A DNA stretch of 64,000 bases from an uncultured Pelagibacteraceae bacterium (GCA_902579215.1 CACHGH010000002.1:36494-100493); one strand, 5' to 3'. Numbered from the stretch's first letter, positions 40,920 to 52,382 are shown. Made by a program: numbers and translations. The notes: a model not told the origin generated them from the sequence alone.

Positions 40920-42218
40920 CTACCTACCAATACCAAAATAATTAATCTTGTTTCTCAGCATTTTTTTAGGGGAGTATAAATTTCTAAGATCGTATATTTT
41001 AAAATTATTTTTATTTACTAATTTTTTAAAGTTTAATTGTTTATAATCATTCCATTCAGTGTGTAAGATTATTAAATCTGATTTAAAACAAGCAGATGAT
41101 ATGCTTTTACAAAATTTAACATTTTTTATTTTATCTAAAATATCTTTTTTACCTGATGGATCATTGTAATAAATTTTTGCTCCTTTTTTTGATAAATATG
41201 AAATCATTTTTAAACTAGTGGCTTCCCTCATATCATCAGTGTTAGGTTTGAATGTAACTCCTAGAAATGTTATTTTTTTATTTTTACATTTTTTACCCAT
41301 TATTTGGTGAATTCTTTTTATAAGTAAATCTTTTCTATTCTCGTTAGATTTTACTACATTTTTAACTATTGAGAGATTGACTTTAAATTTATCACCAGTA
41401 TCAACTAAAGCCTTAGTATCTTTTGGAAAACAAGATCCTCCGTATGCTGGGCCAGCTCTTAAAAATCTTTCACCAATTCTTTGATCAAGACCTATGCCGA
41501 TAGAAATATCTTTTATATCCACAGAAGCTTTTTCACATAAATTTGCTAATTCATTTATATAAGAAATTTTTGTGGCCAAAAATGCATTTGATGCATATTT
41601 AACAAGTTCAGCACCTCTTCTAGATGTGTTAAAATATCTGCTATCCTTCTTTACTATTGGTAAATAAAGTGATTTCATAACTCTATTAGCTTTCTTACTT
41701 AATGTTCCAACAACTACTCTGTCGGGATAAATAAAATCCCTAATAGCTTCTCCTTCTCTTAAAAATTCAGGATTAGAGACCACATCAAACAAGATTTTTT
41801 TATTTCTTTTTTTAATTATATTTTCAATTTTATCACCTGTGGTAACGGGAACTGTAGATTTTGTTACTATTAGTTTATATTTAGAAATATTTTTTGAGAT
41901 CAGGTTAGCAACTTGAAACACATATTTTAAATCTGCTTTATTAGAATTTTTAAAAGTTGGTGTTCCAACACAAATAAAAATAATATCTGAATTTCTTATA
42001 GCCCAACTAATATTTGTTGTAAAAGACAATCTTTTTTGATTAAAATTTTTTTTTACTAATTCTTCTAAGCCAGGTTCATAAATTGGTATTTTTCCTAAAT
42101 TAAGTTGGCTAATTTTTTTTTTATCAATATCAGCACAAATTACTTTGTTGCCCATGTCAGAAAAGCATGCTCCACTCACAAGCCCAACGTAACCAGTTCC
42201 GATCATGCATAATTTCAT
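40920..42218 (-). CDS. ugd: UDP-glucose 6-dehydrogenase
   Basis: IGTGYVGL, ICVGTP, NPEFLREG, GGSCFPKD, FKPNTDD.R. Confidence 0.95.
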   Translation of the reverse strand: MKLCMIGTGYVGLVSGACFSDMGNKVICADIDKKKISQLNLGKIPIYEPGLEELVKKNFNQKRLSFTTNISWAIRNSDIIFICVGTPTFKNSNKADLKYVFQVANLISKNISKYKLIVTKSTVPVTTGDKIENIIKKRNKKILFDVVSNPEFLREGEAIRDFIYPDRVVVGTLSKKANRVMKSLYLPIVKKDSRYFNTSRRGAELVKYASNAFLATKISYINELANLCEKASVDIKDISIGIGLDQRIGERFLRAGPAYGGSCFPKDTKALVDTGDKFKVNLSIVKNVVKSNENRKDLLIKRIHQIMGKKCKNKKITFLGVTFKPNTDDMREATSLKMISYLSKKGAKIYYNDPSGKKDILDKIKNVKFCKSISSACFKSDLIILHTEWNDYKQLNFKKLVNKNNFKIYDLRNLYSPKKMLRNKINYFGIGR

Positions 42219-43030
42219 GTTCTGGAAATCTCCAAACTTGATTTAATATAACCGCTCATAGTTCCACAATCTAAATATTTCCCTTTAAATGAATGACCTA
42301 TAAATTTCTCATTTTCTTTAATTAAATTTCTTATAGCATCGGTAATGTGTATTTCTCCACCCTTGCCTTTTTTTAATTTTTTTAGTTTTAAAAATATTTT
42401 TTTAGGTAAAATATATCTACCAATAACTGCATTATTAGAAGGAGCAGATTTAATATTAGGTTTTTCAATAACATCTTTAATAAAAAAATTATCTTTATTT
42501 ATATTATTTTTTTTTGAATAGATTCCCCATCGACTAACTGTTTTTTTATTGACTTTCATACTGGCCATAATTGAACATTTTTTTTTGTTATGAATCGATA
42601 TCATTGCTTTAGAACAATTTTTATTTATTATTAAATCATCAGGTAGTAGCATTAAAAAAAATTTATCTTTTATGATATTTTTTGTTTTAAGAACAGCATC
42701 TCCAGTTCCTTTTGGTTTGTTTTGATAAACGAACTTTATAAATTTTTTATACTTTTTTATTTTTTTGTACTCATGTAATATTCTAGGATCTTTTTTACTT
42801 GTTATGATTTTTTTATAAAATTGATCGTTGTTAAAATATTTTTTGATCATTTCTTTTTTTTTTGATATTATAAACACCACTTCTTTAATTCCTGCTTCTA
42901 TACATTCGTCTAAAATATATTCAATTCCAGGTTTTCCATTAATTGGTAAAAGTTCTTTCGCAAAAACACTTGTAAGAGGCAAGAGTCTTGTCCCTAATCC
43001 AGCTAAAGGTATTATTGCTTGTCTAATCAT
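42215..43030 (-). CDS. galU: UTP-glucose-1-phosphate uridylyltransferase
   Basis: AGLGTRLLP..KELLP, LPDD, IEKP, GEIHITDA, DCG. Confidence 0.9.
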   Translation of the reverse strand: MIRQAIIPLAGLGTRLLPLTSVFAKELLPINGKPGIEYILDECIEAGIKEVVFIISKKKEMIKKYFNNDQFYKKIITSKKDPRILHEYKKIKKYKKFIKFVYQNKPKGTGDAVLKTKNIIKDKFFLMLLPDDLIINKNCSKAMISIHNKKKCSIMASMKVNKKTVSRWGIYSKKNNINKDNFFIKDVIEKPNIKSAPSNNAVIGRYILPKKIFLKLKKLKKGKGGEIHITDAIRNLIKENEKFIGHSFKGKYLDCGTMSGYIKSSLEISRT

Positions 43031-43060
43031 TAAATTGTATTACTAAATGAAGTACCATAA

Positions 43061-43870
43061 ATGATAATTTTTAAAAGCTTTAATAAATTAAATAAAAAAG
43101 TTAATTTTAAGGCAAATATAGGCTTTGTGCCAACAATGGGAGCATTGCACAATGGTCATATTTCCCTAATTAAAAGATCAAACTCAATCTGTAAAAAAAC
43201 TCTAGTTAGTATTTTCATAAATCCTTCACAATTTAACAAGAAAAATGATTATAAGAAATATCCAAGAAAAGTAGAAACAGATATTAAAATTCTAAAAAAA
43301 TTAAAAGTTGATTACCTTTTGATTCCAAAAGTAAGTGAAGTCTATAAAAATAAAAATAATATGAAAATTAGATTAATAAAAAAAGATAAAGTCTTATGTG
43401 CAAAGTACAGGCCTGGTCATTTTGAAGGGGTTTTGGCTGTTATAAATCAATTTTTAACATTAATTAAACCAAAATACATGTTTTTAGGTCAAAAGGATTA
43501 TCAACAATTACATCTAATAAAAAATTTCATTAAAAATAAATTTTTTACTAAAGTCATACCTTGTAAAACAATTAGGTATAAAGGTTCATTGGCATACTCT
43601 TCAAGAAACTTTTTATTATCAAAAAATGATATTAAAAAGGCAACTTATGTTTCTAAACTAGTCAAAAAATTTTATTATGATCTAAAAAAAGATTTTAAAA
43701 AAGTAAGAAAACTTAAAGAGTTAAAAAGAAAATTAATAAAAAATAATTTAAAAGTTGAATATTTAGAATTGAGAAATAAAGTTAATCTATCAAAAAAAAT
43801 TAATAGATCTAACTTTAAAATTTTTATTTCATTTTATATTAATAAAGTCAGGTTGATAGATAACTTTTAA
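43061..43870 (+). CDS. panC: Pantoate-beta-alanine ligase
   Basis: FVPTMGALHNGH, SIFINPSQF, RPGHFEGV, GQKDYQQ, SSRN, RLIDN. Confidence 0.95.
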   Translation: MIIFKSFNKLNKKVNFKANIGFVPTMGALHNGHISLIKRSNSICKKTLVSIFINPSQFNKKNDYKKYPRKVETDIKILKKLKVDYLLIPKVSEVYKNKNNMKIRLIKKDKVLCAKYRPGHFEGVLAVINQFLTLIKPKYMFLGQKDYQQLHLIKNFIKNKFFTKVIPCKTIRYKGSLAYSSRNFLLSKNDIKKATYVSKLVKKFYYDLKKDFKKVRKLKELKRKLIKNNLKVEYLELRNKVNLSKKINRSNFKIFISFYINKVRLIDNF

Positions 43871-43873
43871 TAA

Positions 43874-45250
43874 TTATAAAAAAAAGTATGCTCCTATTCC
43901 TAGAAAAGATAAAAAACCAATTACATCTGTTATAGTAGTTACAAATACACTAGAAGCTATAGCTGGATCGATGTTCATTTTTTTTAGTGTTACTGGTACT
44001 AAAATACCAAAGAGTCCTGCAACAATCATGTTAAGAACCATAGATATTGATATAATTAAAGATAGCGTTGCATCATTAAACCATATTTGAACTATTATTG
44101 CACTTATTGCAGCAAAAATTAATCCATTCAAAATACCTATAGAAAATTCTTTTAAAACATTTTGTGTAAAATTATTTTTTGTAAGTTCATTCGTTGCTAT
44201 TGTTCTTATAGTCACTGCCAATGTTTGCATTCCAGCGTTACCACCCATAGATGCTACAATCGGCATTAGAACAGCTAGAGCAACTACTTTTTCTATATCT
44301 TCTTGAAAAAAACCAATTACTATAGACGCCATAACTGCTGTAAAAAGATTTAATAATAACCAATTAAATCTTCTTTTTGTCTTCTTAAAAATTCCATCAG
44401 TAATTTCTTCATTACCAACACCAGCCAATCTCAAGACATCTTCTTCTGCTTCCTCTTTTAATACAGTTAGAACATCATCGCTTGTTATCATACCAACAAG
44501 TTTATTATTTTTATCAACAACACATGCAGAGTTTAGATTATAGTTTTCAAACAAATTTCCAACTTCTTCTTTATCCATATCTACTGGTATTAGTAATTGT
44601 GATTCTGACATTATAGAATTCATTTTTGTCTCTCTTGGAGTTCTTAAAACTTTTGATGAAGGCACTGTTCCAATAGGTTTAAACTCATTATCAACAATAA
44701 ATATTTCTAAAAATTGTTCAGGCAAATCTTTATCTTCTCTCAAATAATCGATAGTTTGCCCTACTGACCAATTACTAGGTATTGCTGTAAATTCTCTTTG
44801 CATGATTCTAGCTGCGGAGTCTTCTGGGTAACTTAAGCTTTCTAATAAGGCAAATTTATCTTTTGGAGGTAAAGAACTTAATATAGTATTTTTGTTTTTT
44901 TCATCAATGTTTTCTAAAATCTTTATAGCATCATCTGACTCTAAATTTTTAAGTATTGAAACTATAGAATCTGAAGCTAAAAATTTAATAATTTCTTTTT
45001 GAACAGACTCGTTCATTTCGACAAATACCTCTGGATCAATTTTAAAATTATTTAATTTTATTAACTTTTCTCTATCTCCCTCGCTTAGGTGTTCAATAAT
45101 ATCAGCAGCATCAGCAGGGTGTATTTCTTTAAACGAGTTTGAAATAAAACCTGCATCATTATTGGCAATTTTTTCAGTTACAACTTTGATGTATTCTTTG
45201 TTAAATTCAAAGTTAACTTTTTTATCTTTTATTTTTCTTATTAAAGCCAT
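43874..45250 (-). CDS. mgtE: Magnesium transporter MgtE
   Basis: HPADAAD N-domain, CBS pair, PIVASMGGNAG, DPA…TTITD. Confidence 0.95.
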   Translation of the reverse strand: MALIRKIKDKKVNFEFNKEYIKVVTEKIANNDAGFISNSFKEIHPADAADIIEHLSEGDREKLIKLNNFKIDPEVFVEMNESVQKEIIKFLASDSIVSILKNLESDDAIKILENIDEKNKNTILSSLPPKDKFALLESLSYPEDSAARIMQREFTAIPSNWSVGQTIDYLREDKDLPEQFLEIFIVDNEFKPIGTVPSSKVLRTPRETKMNSIMSESQLLIPVDMDKEEVGNLFENYNLNSACVVDKNNKLVGMITSDDVLTVLKEEAEEDVLRLAGVGNEEITDGIFKKTKRRFNWLLLNLFTAVMASIVIGFFQEDIEKVVALAVLMPIVASMGGNAGMQTLAVTIRTIATNELTKNNFTQNVLKEFSIGILNGLIFAAISAIIVQIWFNDATLSLIISISMVLNMIVAGLFGILVPVTLKKMNIDPAIASSVFVTTITDVIGFLSFLGIGAYFFL

Positions 45251-45308
45251 AAAACCTTTATTTTATAAAGGAACTATTAAAGTATAATTTTTATATTACA
45301 ATTTATTA

Positions 45309-45929
45309 ATGACTATAGAAATCAAAAGATCAACAAAACCAATAGATTATAAAGAATCTATGAAGTTTTTAGAAGATAGGGTCTCAAAGTTAATAAATGA
45401 AAAATCAAAAGAACTAATATGGATATTAGAACACCCCCACGTTTATACAGCAGGTACCTCGTATAACGAAAAAGAATTATTAGATAATTCAGTAAAGTTA
45501 ATTAAAACAAATAGAGGTGGAAAAATTACATATCATGGGCCTGGTCAAGTTATTTGTTATTTTGTACTTAATTTAAATAATAGAAAAAAAGATATAAGAA
45601 AATTAGTATCAATTTTAGAAAATACTATTATTCAAACTTTGAAAGAATTTAAAGTTGAGTCTTTTAACGATAAAAAAAATATTGGAATATGGGTTAAAAA
45701 TAAATATGAATTACAAAAAATTGCAGCAATTGGTGTAAAAGTTAAAAAATGGATAGCCTATCATGGGTTTTCAATTAATGTCGATAATGATCTTAAGTAT
45801 TATAAAAAAATCAAACCTTGCGGTTTAGAAAATAATAGAATTATTAACTTAAAAACAATTAAAAAACAAAAATACGATAGTATTAAGGAAAAAATTATTA
45901 AAAATTTAATTAATAATCTCGAAAAATAA
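45309..45929 (+). CDS. lipB: Octanoyltransferase LipB
   Basis: LEHPHVYTAG, RGGKITYHGPGQ, KIAAIG, HGFSIN, PCG. Confidence 0.96.
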   Translation: MTIEIKRSTKPIDYKESMKFLEDRVSKLINEKSKELIWILEHPHVYTAGTSYNEKELLDNSVKLIKTNRGGKITYHGPGQVICYFVLNLNNRKKDIRKLVSILENTIIQTLKEFKVESFNDKKNIGIWVKNKYELQKIAAIGVKVKKWIAYHGFSINVDNDLKYYKKIKPCGLENNRIINLKTIKKQKYDSIKEKIIKNLINNLEK

Positions 45930-46821
45930 GTTTTTTTATTTTTAGTAATTTTTTAAAATATTCTGGTAGTGAAGCTTTATAAGTAAATTTTGTATCTTTA
46001 ATCATAAATTTAATTTCATAGGAATGTAACATTAAGTTAAGTTTTGAATTCTTTTCTTTTATGTTTAAGTTGTATTTTTTATCTCCAAAAATTGGGTGAC
46101 CAATTATTGATAGTTGTTTTCTCAACTGATGTTTTCTACCAGTTATAGGTTTCATTTGAACCAATGAACATAAAGCATTTTTATCTAATACTCTAAAATT
46201 TGTTATAGCTGTTTCCTTAATTGGCTTATTTTTTTCATATCTTATTAAATCATTTTTCCAAGTGCCTACATTATCTTTTAGTTGCCCACTACAAATTGCT
46301 AAATAAGTTTTATGGACTTTTCTTATTCGAAACAATGATGTAAGTAATTGTGCGTACTCACGATTTTTAGCCATTATAAAAACACCAGATGTTTCTTTAT
46401 CTAGTCTGTGAACTGTATAAGGTTTATTGTCAAAAAATATCTTACTATCTCTAAAAATATCTACTAAGTTTTTTTTTGATTTAGTTCCTCCTTGTACTGA
46501 TATTCCAGAGCTTTTGTTTATTACAATAAAATCATCATTATTATCGATGATTAAACTCTCTGCTTCCTTTATTACTTTATTTGATGGTTGGTAGTTAATT
46601 TTTTTATTGTCTTTAGTTTCAAATTTAAAATTATAAAAGCTTACATTGTCATTGCTTTTAACTTTATGTTTACTTTTAACTTTTTTGTTATTTAATTTAA
46701 TTTTCCCGTTCCTTAAATTTTTTTCAATTAAACCTTGTGGAACTTTTCCTATTTTATTTCTAATCCATCTATCTAAGCGCATATTATCATGCGTTTTATC
46801 AACGCTGTATGTTTTTTTCAT
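45910..46821 (-). CDS. rluC: RluA-family 23S rRNA pseudouridine synthase (RluC-like)
   Basis: S4 domain (RLDRW), VQGG, HRLDKETSG, TGRKHQLR. Confidence 0.88.
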   Translation of the reverse strand: MKKTYSVDKTHDNMRLDRWIRNKIGKVPQGLIEKNLRNGKIKLNNKKVKSKHKVKSNDNVSFYNFKFETKDNKKINYQPSNKVIKEAESLIIDNNDDFIVINKSSGISVQGGTKSKKNLVDIFRDSKIFFDNKPYTVHRLDKETSGVFIMAKNREYAQLLTSLFRIRKVHKTYLAICSGQLKDNVGTWKNDLIRYEKNKPIKETAITNFRVLDKNALCSLVQMKPITGRKHQLRKQLSIIGHPIFGDKKYNLNIKEKNSKLNLMLHSYEIKFMIKDTKFTYKASLPEYFKKLLKIKKLIFRDY

Positions 46822-46844
46822 GTTTTGCTATGATAATAAAAATA

Positions 46845-47291
46845 TTACGCTGTAGTTGATTTTTTTTCTTCTTTTTGATCTTTTTGATCTTTTTTTGTTT
46901 CTTTTTTCTTTTTATCAACTTTTTTAGCTTCTAGATCTCTATCTACAAATTCAATAACTGCCATTGGTGAATTATCGCCATATCTAAATCCTGCTTTAAT
47001 TATTCTTGTGTAACCACCATTTCTTTTTTCATATCTTTTAGATAACTTTTTTTTAACTTTATTTGTTGATTGAATATTTTGTAGTTTTGACATTAATATT
47101 TTTGTGGTTTGTAAACTTGGTCTTTTTCCTAATGTTATAATTTTATCAGCTTGTGGTTTTAAAAATTTAGCTTTAGGTAGTGTCGTAGTAATTTGTTCAT
47201 ACTTTATTAATGAATTTAGCATGTTTTTTAATAAAGCTTTTCTATGCTCAGAAGTTCTATTCAGTTTTTTGTTAGCAAAACCATGTCTCAT
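46845..47291 (-). CDS. rplQ: 50S ribosomal protein L17
   Basis: MRHG…HRKALL…RNGGYTRI. Confidence 0.97.
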   Translation of the reverse strand: MRHGFANKKLNRTSEHRKALLKNMLNSLIKYEQITTTLPKAKFLKPQADKIITLGKRPSLQTTKILMSKLQNIQSTNKVKKKLSKRYEKRNGGYTRIIKAGFRYGDNSPMAVIEFVDRDLEAKKVDKKKKETKKDQKDQKEEKKSTTA

Positions 47292-48319
47292 TATATAGTT
47301 TCCTCAAGTTTTTTTGACATTTCTGCAATATTGTCAGGAGGCCAGTTTGGTATTTCCATTCCTAGGTATAATGACATTCCAGTTAAAACTTCTTTTATTT
47401 CGTTCAATGATTTTCTTCCAAAATTAGGAGTTCTTAACATTTCTCCTTCTGATTTCTGAACCAAATCACCGATGTATATAATATTATCATTTTTTAAACA
47501 GTTCATTGATCTAACTGATAATTCTAGTTCATCAACTTTTCTAAGTAAATTTTTATTAAAATCGGGTTCGCTTGGTTTGTCTCTAACTACAACTTCTTTA
47601 GGTTCTTCAAAATTTACAAACATGTTTAGCTGATCTTGAAAAATTCTAGCTGAATATGCTACTGCATCTTCTGCTGATATTGATCCATTTGTTTCGATTT
47701 CCATTGTTAGTTTATCATAATCTAATGCTTTACCTTCTCTTGCTGTGCTTACCGAGTAGGATACTTTTTTTACAGGACTAAATAATGAATCTATTGCTAT
47801 TAAACCTAAAGGTGGATCTTCTGGTTTATTCATAGAAGCTGGGACATATCCCTTGCCACTATTAACAGTCATTTCCATATGGAAATTTGTTTTTTCATCT
47901 AAATTACAAATTACTAAATCAGGATTTAATATTTCTATATCAGTAACAGGATTAATATTGGACGCTTTTATTTCTCCAGGTCCTTTAGCGTCTAGTATAA
48001 GTTTTTTTGAAGTTTCTGATGAGCTTTTTAAAGCTAAAGATTTAACATTTAATACTATATCAGTTACATCTTCTCGAATTCCTTTGATTGAAGTAAATTC
48101 ATGTAATACGCCATCAATTTGTATTGATGTTACAGCTGTTCCCCTTATTGAAGATAATAAAATTCTTCTTAGTGAGTTGCCTAAAGTTAAACCATAACCT
48201 TTTTCTAATGGTTCAGCTACAATCTTTGCGAAAGATTTATCTTCACTAAGTTGAACATCAAGTTTTGCGGGTTTAATTAATGATTTCCAATTTTTAATAT
48301 TAACTTCTGTGTTTTCCAT
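47291..48319 (-). CDS. rpoA: RNA polymerase subunit alpha
   Basis: [41 protein letters not shown]. Confidence 0.98.
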   Translation of the reverse strand: MENTEVNIKNWKSLIKPAKLDVQLSEDKSFAKIVAEPLEKGYGLTLGNSLRRILLSSIRGTAVTSIQIDGVLHEFTSIKGIREDVTDIVLNVKSLALKSSSETSKKLILDAKGPGEIKASNINPVTDIEILNPDLVICNLDEKTNFHMEMTVNSGKGYVPASMNKPEDPPLGLIAIDSLFSPVKKVSYSVSTAREGKALDYDKLTMEIETNGSISAEDAVAYSARIFQDQLNMFVNFEEPKEVVVRDKPSEPDFNKNLLRKVDELELSVRSMNCLKNDNIIYIGDLVQKSEGEMLRTPNFGRKSLNEIKEVLTGMSLYLGMEIPNWPPDNIAEMSKKLEETI

Positions 48320-48769
48320 TTACACTCTCCTTTTTTTTGGTGGTCTTGTGCCGTTATGCGGCATTGGTGTGGTATCTTTGATTGAAATAATTTTAAAACC
48401 TCTTGCTTGAAGTGCTCGTAGTGCTGTTTCTCTTCCCGAGCCTGGGCCTTTAATTTCTACAGATAATACTTTCATGCCATACTCAAGTGCTTTTGAAGCT
48501 GCTGAGTCTGCTGCAATTTGTGCTGCGTATGGTGTCGATTTTCTTGATCCTTTAAAACCTTTTTGCCCAGCTGATGCCCATGATACTACGTTTCCACTAG
48601 TATCTGCAATTGAAATAATAGTATTGTTAAATGTTGATTGAACGTAAGCTATACCATTTAAAATATTTTTTTTAACTTTCTTTTTTTTTGAGTATGAGCT
48701 TTTTTTAATTACTTTAACTGGTTTTTCTTCAGTTTGAACTTTTTTATCCTTTTTTTCGTTTTTTTCCAT
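48320..48769 (-). CDS. rpsK: 30S ribosomal protein S11
   Basis: [35 protein letters not shown]. Confidence 0.97.
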   Translation of the reverse strand: MEKNEKKDKKVQTEEKPVKVIKKSSYSKKKKVKKNILNGIAYVQSTFNNTIISIADTSGNVVSWASAGQKGFKGSRKSTPYAAQIAADSAASKALEYGMKVLSVEIKGPGSGRETALRALQARGFKIISIKDTTPMPHNGTRPPKKRRV

Positions 48770-48770
48770 T

Positions 48771-49154
48771 TTATTTTTTTAGTGGAGTTAATTTTTTACC
48801 AGCTATAGCTATAGCCTTACCTTTTCTAGTTCTAGCATTGCACCTAGTTCTTTGTCCTCTAACCGGTAATTTTTTTTTATGCCTTGATCCTCTATAAGAA
48901 GCTAAATCAATCAATCTTTTAATATTTAGCGAATATTCTCTTCTCAAATCACCTTCTACTTTAAAATTTTGATCTATATACTCTCTTATTTTTAAAATTT
49001 CGTCGTCTGTAAGTTGATTTACTCTTTTGTTTTTTGGAATTTCTAAAGCTGAACAGATTTGTTGTGAAAACTTATTACCAATTCCATAAATGTAAGTAAG
49101 TCCAATTTGGACAAGCTTATTTTGAGGAATGTTAACACCTGATATACGAGCCAT
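48771..49154 (-). CDS. rpsM: 30S ribosomal protein S13
   Basis: [25 protein letters not shown]. Confidence 0.97.
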   Translation of the reverse strand: MARISGVNIPQNKLVQIGLTYIYGIGNKFSQQICSALEIPKNKRVNQLTDDEILKIREYIDQNFKVEGDLRREYSLNIKRLIDLASYRGSRHKKKLPVRGQRTRCNARTRKGKAIAIAGKKLTPLKK

Positions 49155-49178
49155 ATTTTCTGAGAATAAATTTAGCCT

Positions 49179-49206
49179 TTTATATAAGAAGACGATTCAA
49201 TGTCAA
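49179..49206 (-). promoter_or_regulatory. Putative sigma70 promoter of the alpha operon (rpsM)
   Basis: TTGACA-16 nt-TATAAA on the minus strand in the adk-rpsM gap. Confidence 0.6.
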
Positions 49207-49210
49207 TGTC

Positions 49211-49774
49211 TTAAACCTTAAGTATTTCCTCAATTTTTTGAGCAATATCATTTATTTCCATAGATCCATCAATTTCATGAAAATTTTTGTTTTTTGAATA
49301 ATAATCTAACACAGGTTTAGTAATTTCCATGTAGGTATCATACCTTTTTAAAATAGTATCAGAATCGTCATCAGATCTTTTTTCTAAAATTTTTCTTTTC
49401 TCAACTCTTTTAATTATTGCTTCTTTTTTTACATTAAGAAAAAAGATGTGATCTAATTTTTGATTAGATTTTTCCAATAATCTTTCAAGGTTTTTAGCCT
49501 GATTTATAGTTCTTGGATAACCATCAAATATTAATTTATTAATTTTTGTTGTATCAAATACTATTTTCTCAAGAAGTTTATTTACTATTTCATCTTCAAC
49601 AAATTTCCCATCATTCATATTCTTTATAATTTTTTTACCAATTGGTGTATCTTTTTGAATTTCATCTCTTAACATATCTCCTGTTGATACTTGAAAATTA
49701 TTTAATTTTTTTACTAAATATTTAGCCTGTGTTCCTTTACCAGCGCCAGGAGGACCAAACAATACAATGTTCAC
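49211..49774 (-). CDS. adk: Adenylate kinase, short-LID type
   Basis: GPPGAGKGTQ, STGDMLR, DGYPR, RSDD; GTG start. Confidence 0.96.
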   Translation of the reverse strand: MNIVLFGPPGAGKGTQAKYLVKKLNNFQVSTGDMLRDEIQKDTPIGKKIIKNMNDGKFVEDEIVNKLLEKIVFDTTKINKLIFDGYPRTINQAKNLERLLEKSNQKLDHIFFLNVKKEAIIKRVEKRKILEKRSDDDSDTILKRYDTYMEITKPVLDYYSKNKNFHEIDGSMEINDIAQKIEEILKV

Positions 49775-49776
49775 TT

Positions 49777-51057
49777 CTACTTTCCAAATTTTGTTTTTTT
49801 AATTAGTTGCTCATATTGCGAGCTCATTAATCTTGTCTGAATTTGAGAAACAGTATCTATTGCAACAACAACAACAATCAAAATTGATGTACCACCTAAA
49901 TAAAACGGTATCGGGTAATTTGCAATTAAAAATTCAGGCATTAAACAAACTAATGTCAAATACAAAGCACCTATCGTAGTTAATTTTGTTAAAATATTAT
50001 CAATGTACATTGCTGTGCTTTCGCCTGGTCTTATTCCAGGTATGAAACCACCATACTTTCTTAAATTTTCTGCAGTTTCGTTTGGATTAAATGTAATAGA
50101 AGTATAAAAAAAAGTAAAAAATATAATACCTGACGCATAGAGTATCATATAAAGAGGCTGACCTTGTGAAAAATAGGATGAAATATTTAGAAAAGTATCA
50201 TTTTCTGAAAAATTAAAATTTGAAAAAGTAATAGGCAATAATAACAGAGCTGAAGCAAAAATAGCTGGTATAACTCCAGCTTGATTTATTTTAAGTGGTA
50301 AATGTGATGACTCTCCTCCATACATTTTGTTACCCATTTGTCTCTTTGGATAATTTATAAGTATTTTTCTTAATGCTCTTTCCATAAACACTATAAACAT
50401 TATAGTTGCTACTAGTAATATAAAAATCCCTACTAACATTACTGTTGATAATGCTCCAGTTCTACCTAATTCAAAAGTTGTTACTAGTGCTCTAGGAATC
50501 TCAGCAACTATTCCTGAAAAAATTATTAATGAAATACCGTTCCCGATACCTCTCTGTGTTATTTGCTCACCAAGCCACATCAAGAAAATAGTTCCAGCTA
50601 CAATTGTTGTTACAGTAGAAATTTTAAAAAAAACACCTGGGTTAATAACTAGATTTGCTGAAGACTCTAATCCTACTGATAGTCCATAACCTTGAATAGT
50701 AGCAAGCAAAACTGTTCCATATCTTGTTATTTGAGTAATTTTTTTTCTTCCAACTTCTCCTTGATTTTTTAAATTTTTAAAATAATCCGAAACTCCAGTT
50801 AGTAATTGAACTATAATTGATGATGATATGTAGGGCATTATCCCTAAAGCAAAAATTGCCATTCGACTTACAGCTCCGCCTGCAAAAACATTGAACATTC
50901 CTAGTAATCCTTTTTGATTACCTTCCATTAAAGTTTGAAGTTGATTAGGATCAATACCAGGTAAAGGTACAAATGTACCCAATCTATAAATAGCTAGAAT
51001 AAAAATTGTGAATATAATTCTGTTTCTTAGGTCATTTGATTGAGGTGAAGCGCTCAT
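49777..51057 (-). CDS. secY: Preprotein translocase SecY
   Basis: ALGIMPYISSSII, WLGEQIT.RGIGNG.S, GVIPAIFA, IPGIRPG. Confidence 0.98.
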   Translation of the reverse strand: MSASPQSNDLRNRIIFTIFILAIYRLGTFVPLPGIDPNQLQTLMEGNQKGLLGMFNVFAGGAVSRMAIFALGIMPYISSSIIVQLLTGVSDYFKNLKNQGEVGRKKITQITRYGTVLLATIQGYGLSVGLESSANLVINPGVFFKISTVTTIVAGTIFLMWLGEQITQRGIGNGISLIIFSGIVAEIPRALVTTFELGRTGALSTVMLVGIFILLVATIMFIVFMERALRKILINYPKRQMGNKMYGGESSHLPLKINQAGVIPAIFASALLLLPITFSNFNFSENDTFLNISSYFSQGQPLYMILYASGIIFFTFFYTSITFNPNETAENLRKYGGFIPGIRPGESTAMYIDNILTKLTTIGALYLTLVCLMPEFLIANYPIPFYLGGTSILIVVVVAIDTVSQIQTRLMSSQYEQLIKKTKFGK

Positions 51058-51063
51058 GAATTG

Positions 51064-51519
51064 TTATTTTTTTTTTATTAAAATTGATCCACCTAATTTT
51101 TCCAATTTATCTTTTGCTGATTTTGAAACTAAATCAGCTTCTATGTTTATTTTCTCTTTAATTTCACCTGTGCCTAAAATTTTAAGCAAACTTGAATTTT
51201 TTTTTATTATTTTTAATTTTTTCAATAAATTAGAATCAATTTTTTCACTAGATTTAATTGTTTTTTTTGTTAAAAAAAATTGAATTTTATCCAAGTTAAT
51301 TTTAGCAACTTTTTTTTTTGTTAATGGATTAAAACCTCTTTTTGGAAGTCTTCTGTATAAAGGCATTTGACCTCCCTCATAGCTTTTTATTGCAACACCT
51401 GACCTAGATTTTTGACCTTTGTGTCCTCTGCCAGAGGTTTTACCTTTTCCTGATCCTATTCCTCTACCCGGTCTAATTTTTTTTTTTACAATTTTATTAG
51501 TTGTGTTTAATGTTGTCAT
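51064..51519 (-). CDS. rplO: 50S ribosomal protein L15
   Basis: [34 protein letters not shown]. Confidence 0.97.
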   Translation of the reverse strand: MTTLNTTNKIVKKKIRPGRGIGSGKGKTSGRGHKGQKSRSGVAIKSYEGGQMPLYRRLPKRGFNPLTKKKVAKINLDKIQFFLTKKTIKSSEKIDSNLLKKLKIIKKNSSLLKILGTGEIKEKINIEADLVSKSAKDKLEKLGGSILIKKK

Positions 51520-52022
51520 TATCCTCTTTTTTGTACTACCTCAGAAATTTTCTTGTTTCTTATTATCGATATTTGTTTGGGTGAATTTTGTTTAGATAAA
51601 GCTTTCATTGTAGCTCTTATTACATTGTGCGGGTTTGCTGTTCCCATTGATTTTGCAACAATATCTTTTACTCCTAATACTTCACAAACGGCTCTAACTG
51701 GCCCACCTGCTATTATTCCTGTTCCTTTTGGTGCTGCTCTTAGTTTTATTTTGCCCGCACCATCTTTTCCATAAACATCGTGATGAATTGTTCTACCTTC
51801 TCTTAATGGAACCTTAATTAACTTTCTTCGCGCCATATCATTAGCTTTTTTAATAGCGTCTGGAACTTGTTTTGCTTTTGCGTGAGCTATACCTATCTTT
51901 CCATTTTGATTTCCAACAACAACTAAAGCAGAAAATCCAAATCTTCTTCCACCTTTTACTACCTTTGTTATTCTGTTGATGTGTACTAGTTTCTCTAAAA
52001 TATCGTCTTTTTTTATTTCCAT
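51519..52022 (-). CDS. rpsE: 30S ribosomal protein S5
   Basis: [26 protein letters not shown]. Confidence 0.97.
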   Translation of the reverse strand: MEIKKDDILEKLVHINRITKVVKGGRRFGFSALVVVGNQNGKIGIAHAKAKQVPDAIKKANDMARRKLIKVPLREGRTIHHDVYGKDGAGKIKLRAAPKGTGIIAGGPVRAVCEVLGVKDIVAKSMGTANPHNVIRATMKALSKQNSPKQISIIRNKKISEVVQKRG

Positions 52023-52025
52023 AGT

Positions 52026-52382
52026 TTAAAATTCCATTCCATTTTTTCTAAGAGTTTCAGCAAATATTTTAACTCTTCCATGATATTTATATATACCTCT
52101 ATCAAAATATATTTTTGTTATTTTTTTTTCTTGTGCTTTTTTTGCTAATCTTTCTGCAACTATTTTGGAAAGTTCTGTTTTGTTTGTTTTTTTCATTGTT
52201 TTAATATCTTTTTCTATAGATGACGCTGATAAAAGAGTTTTGTTATTCATATCATCTATAATTTGTGCAGATATATTTTTTGCAGATCGAGAAACGCTCA
52301 ATCTATATCTATCAATTTTTGCCACTTTTTTAATCTTATTTCTAACTCTAAATTTTTTTCTAATTAAATTTGTAGATTTCAT
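52026..52382 (-). CDS. rplR: 50S ribosomal protein L18
   Basis: [22 protein letters not shown]. Confidence 0.96.
   Translation of the reverse strand: MKSTNLIRKKFRVRNKIKKVAKIDRYRLSVSRSAKNISAQIIDDMNNKTLLSASSIEKDIKTMKKTNKTELSKIVAERLAKKAQEKKITKIYFDRGIYKYHGRVKIFAETLRKNGMEF

Noticed and set aside
40920-43030. galU-ugd as the edge of a hypervariable polysaccharide island
   Set aside because: Only two genes, flanked by housekeeping genes; no glycosyltransferases or mobility genes.
45251-45308. Possible tRNA or riboswitch between mgtE and lipB
   Set aside because: 58 nt of almost pure A/T; no cloverleaf or M-box-like structure.
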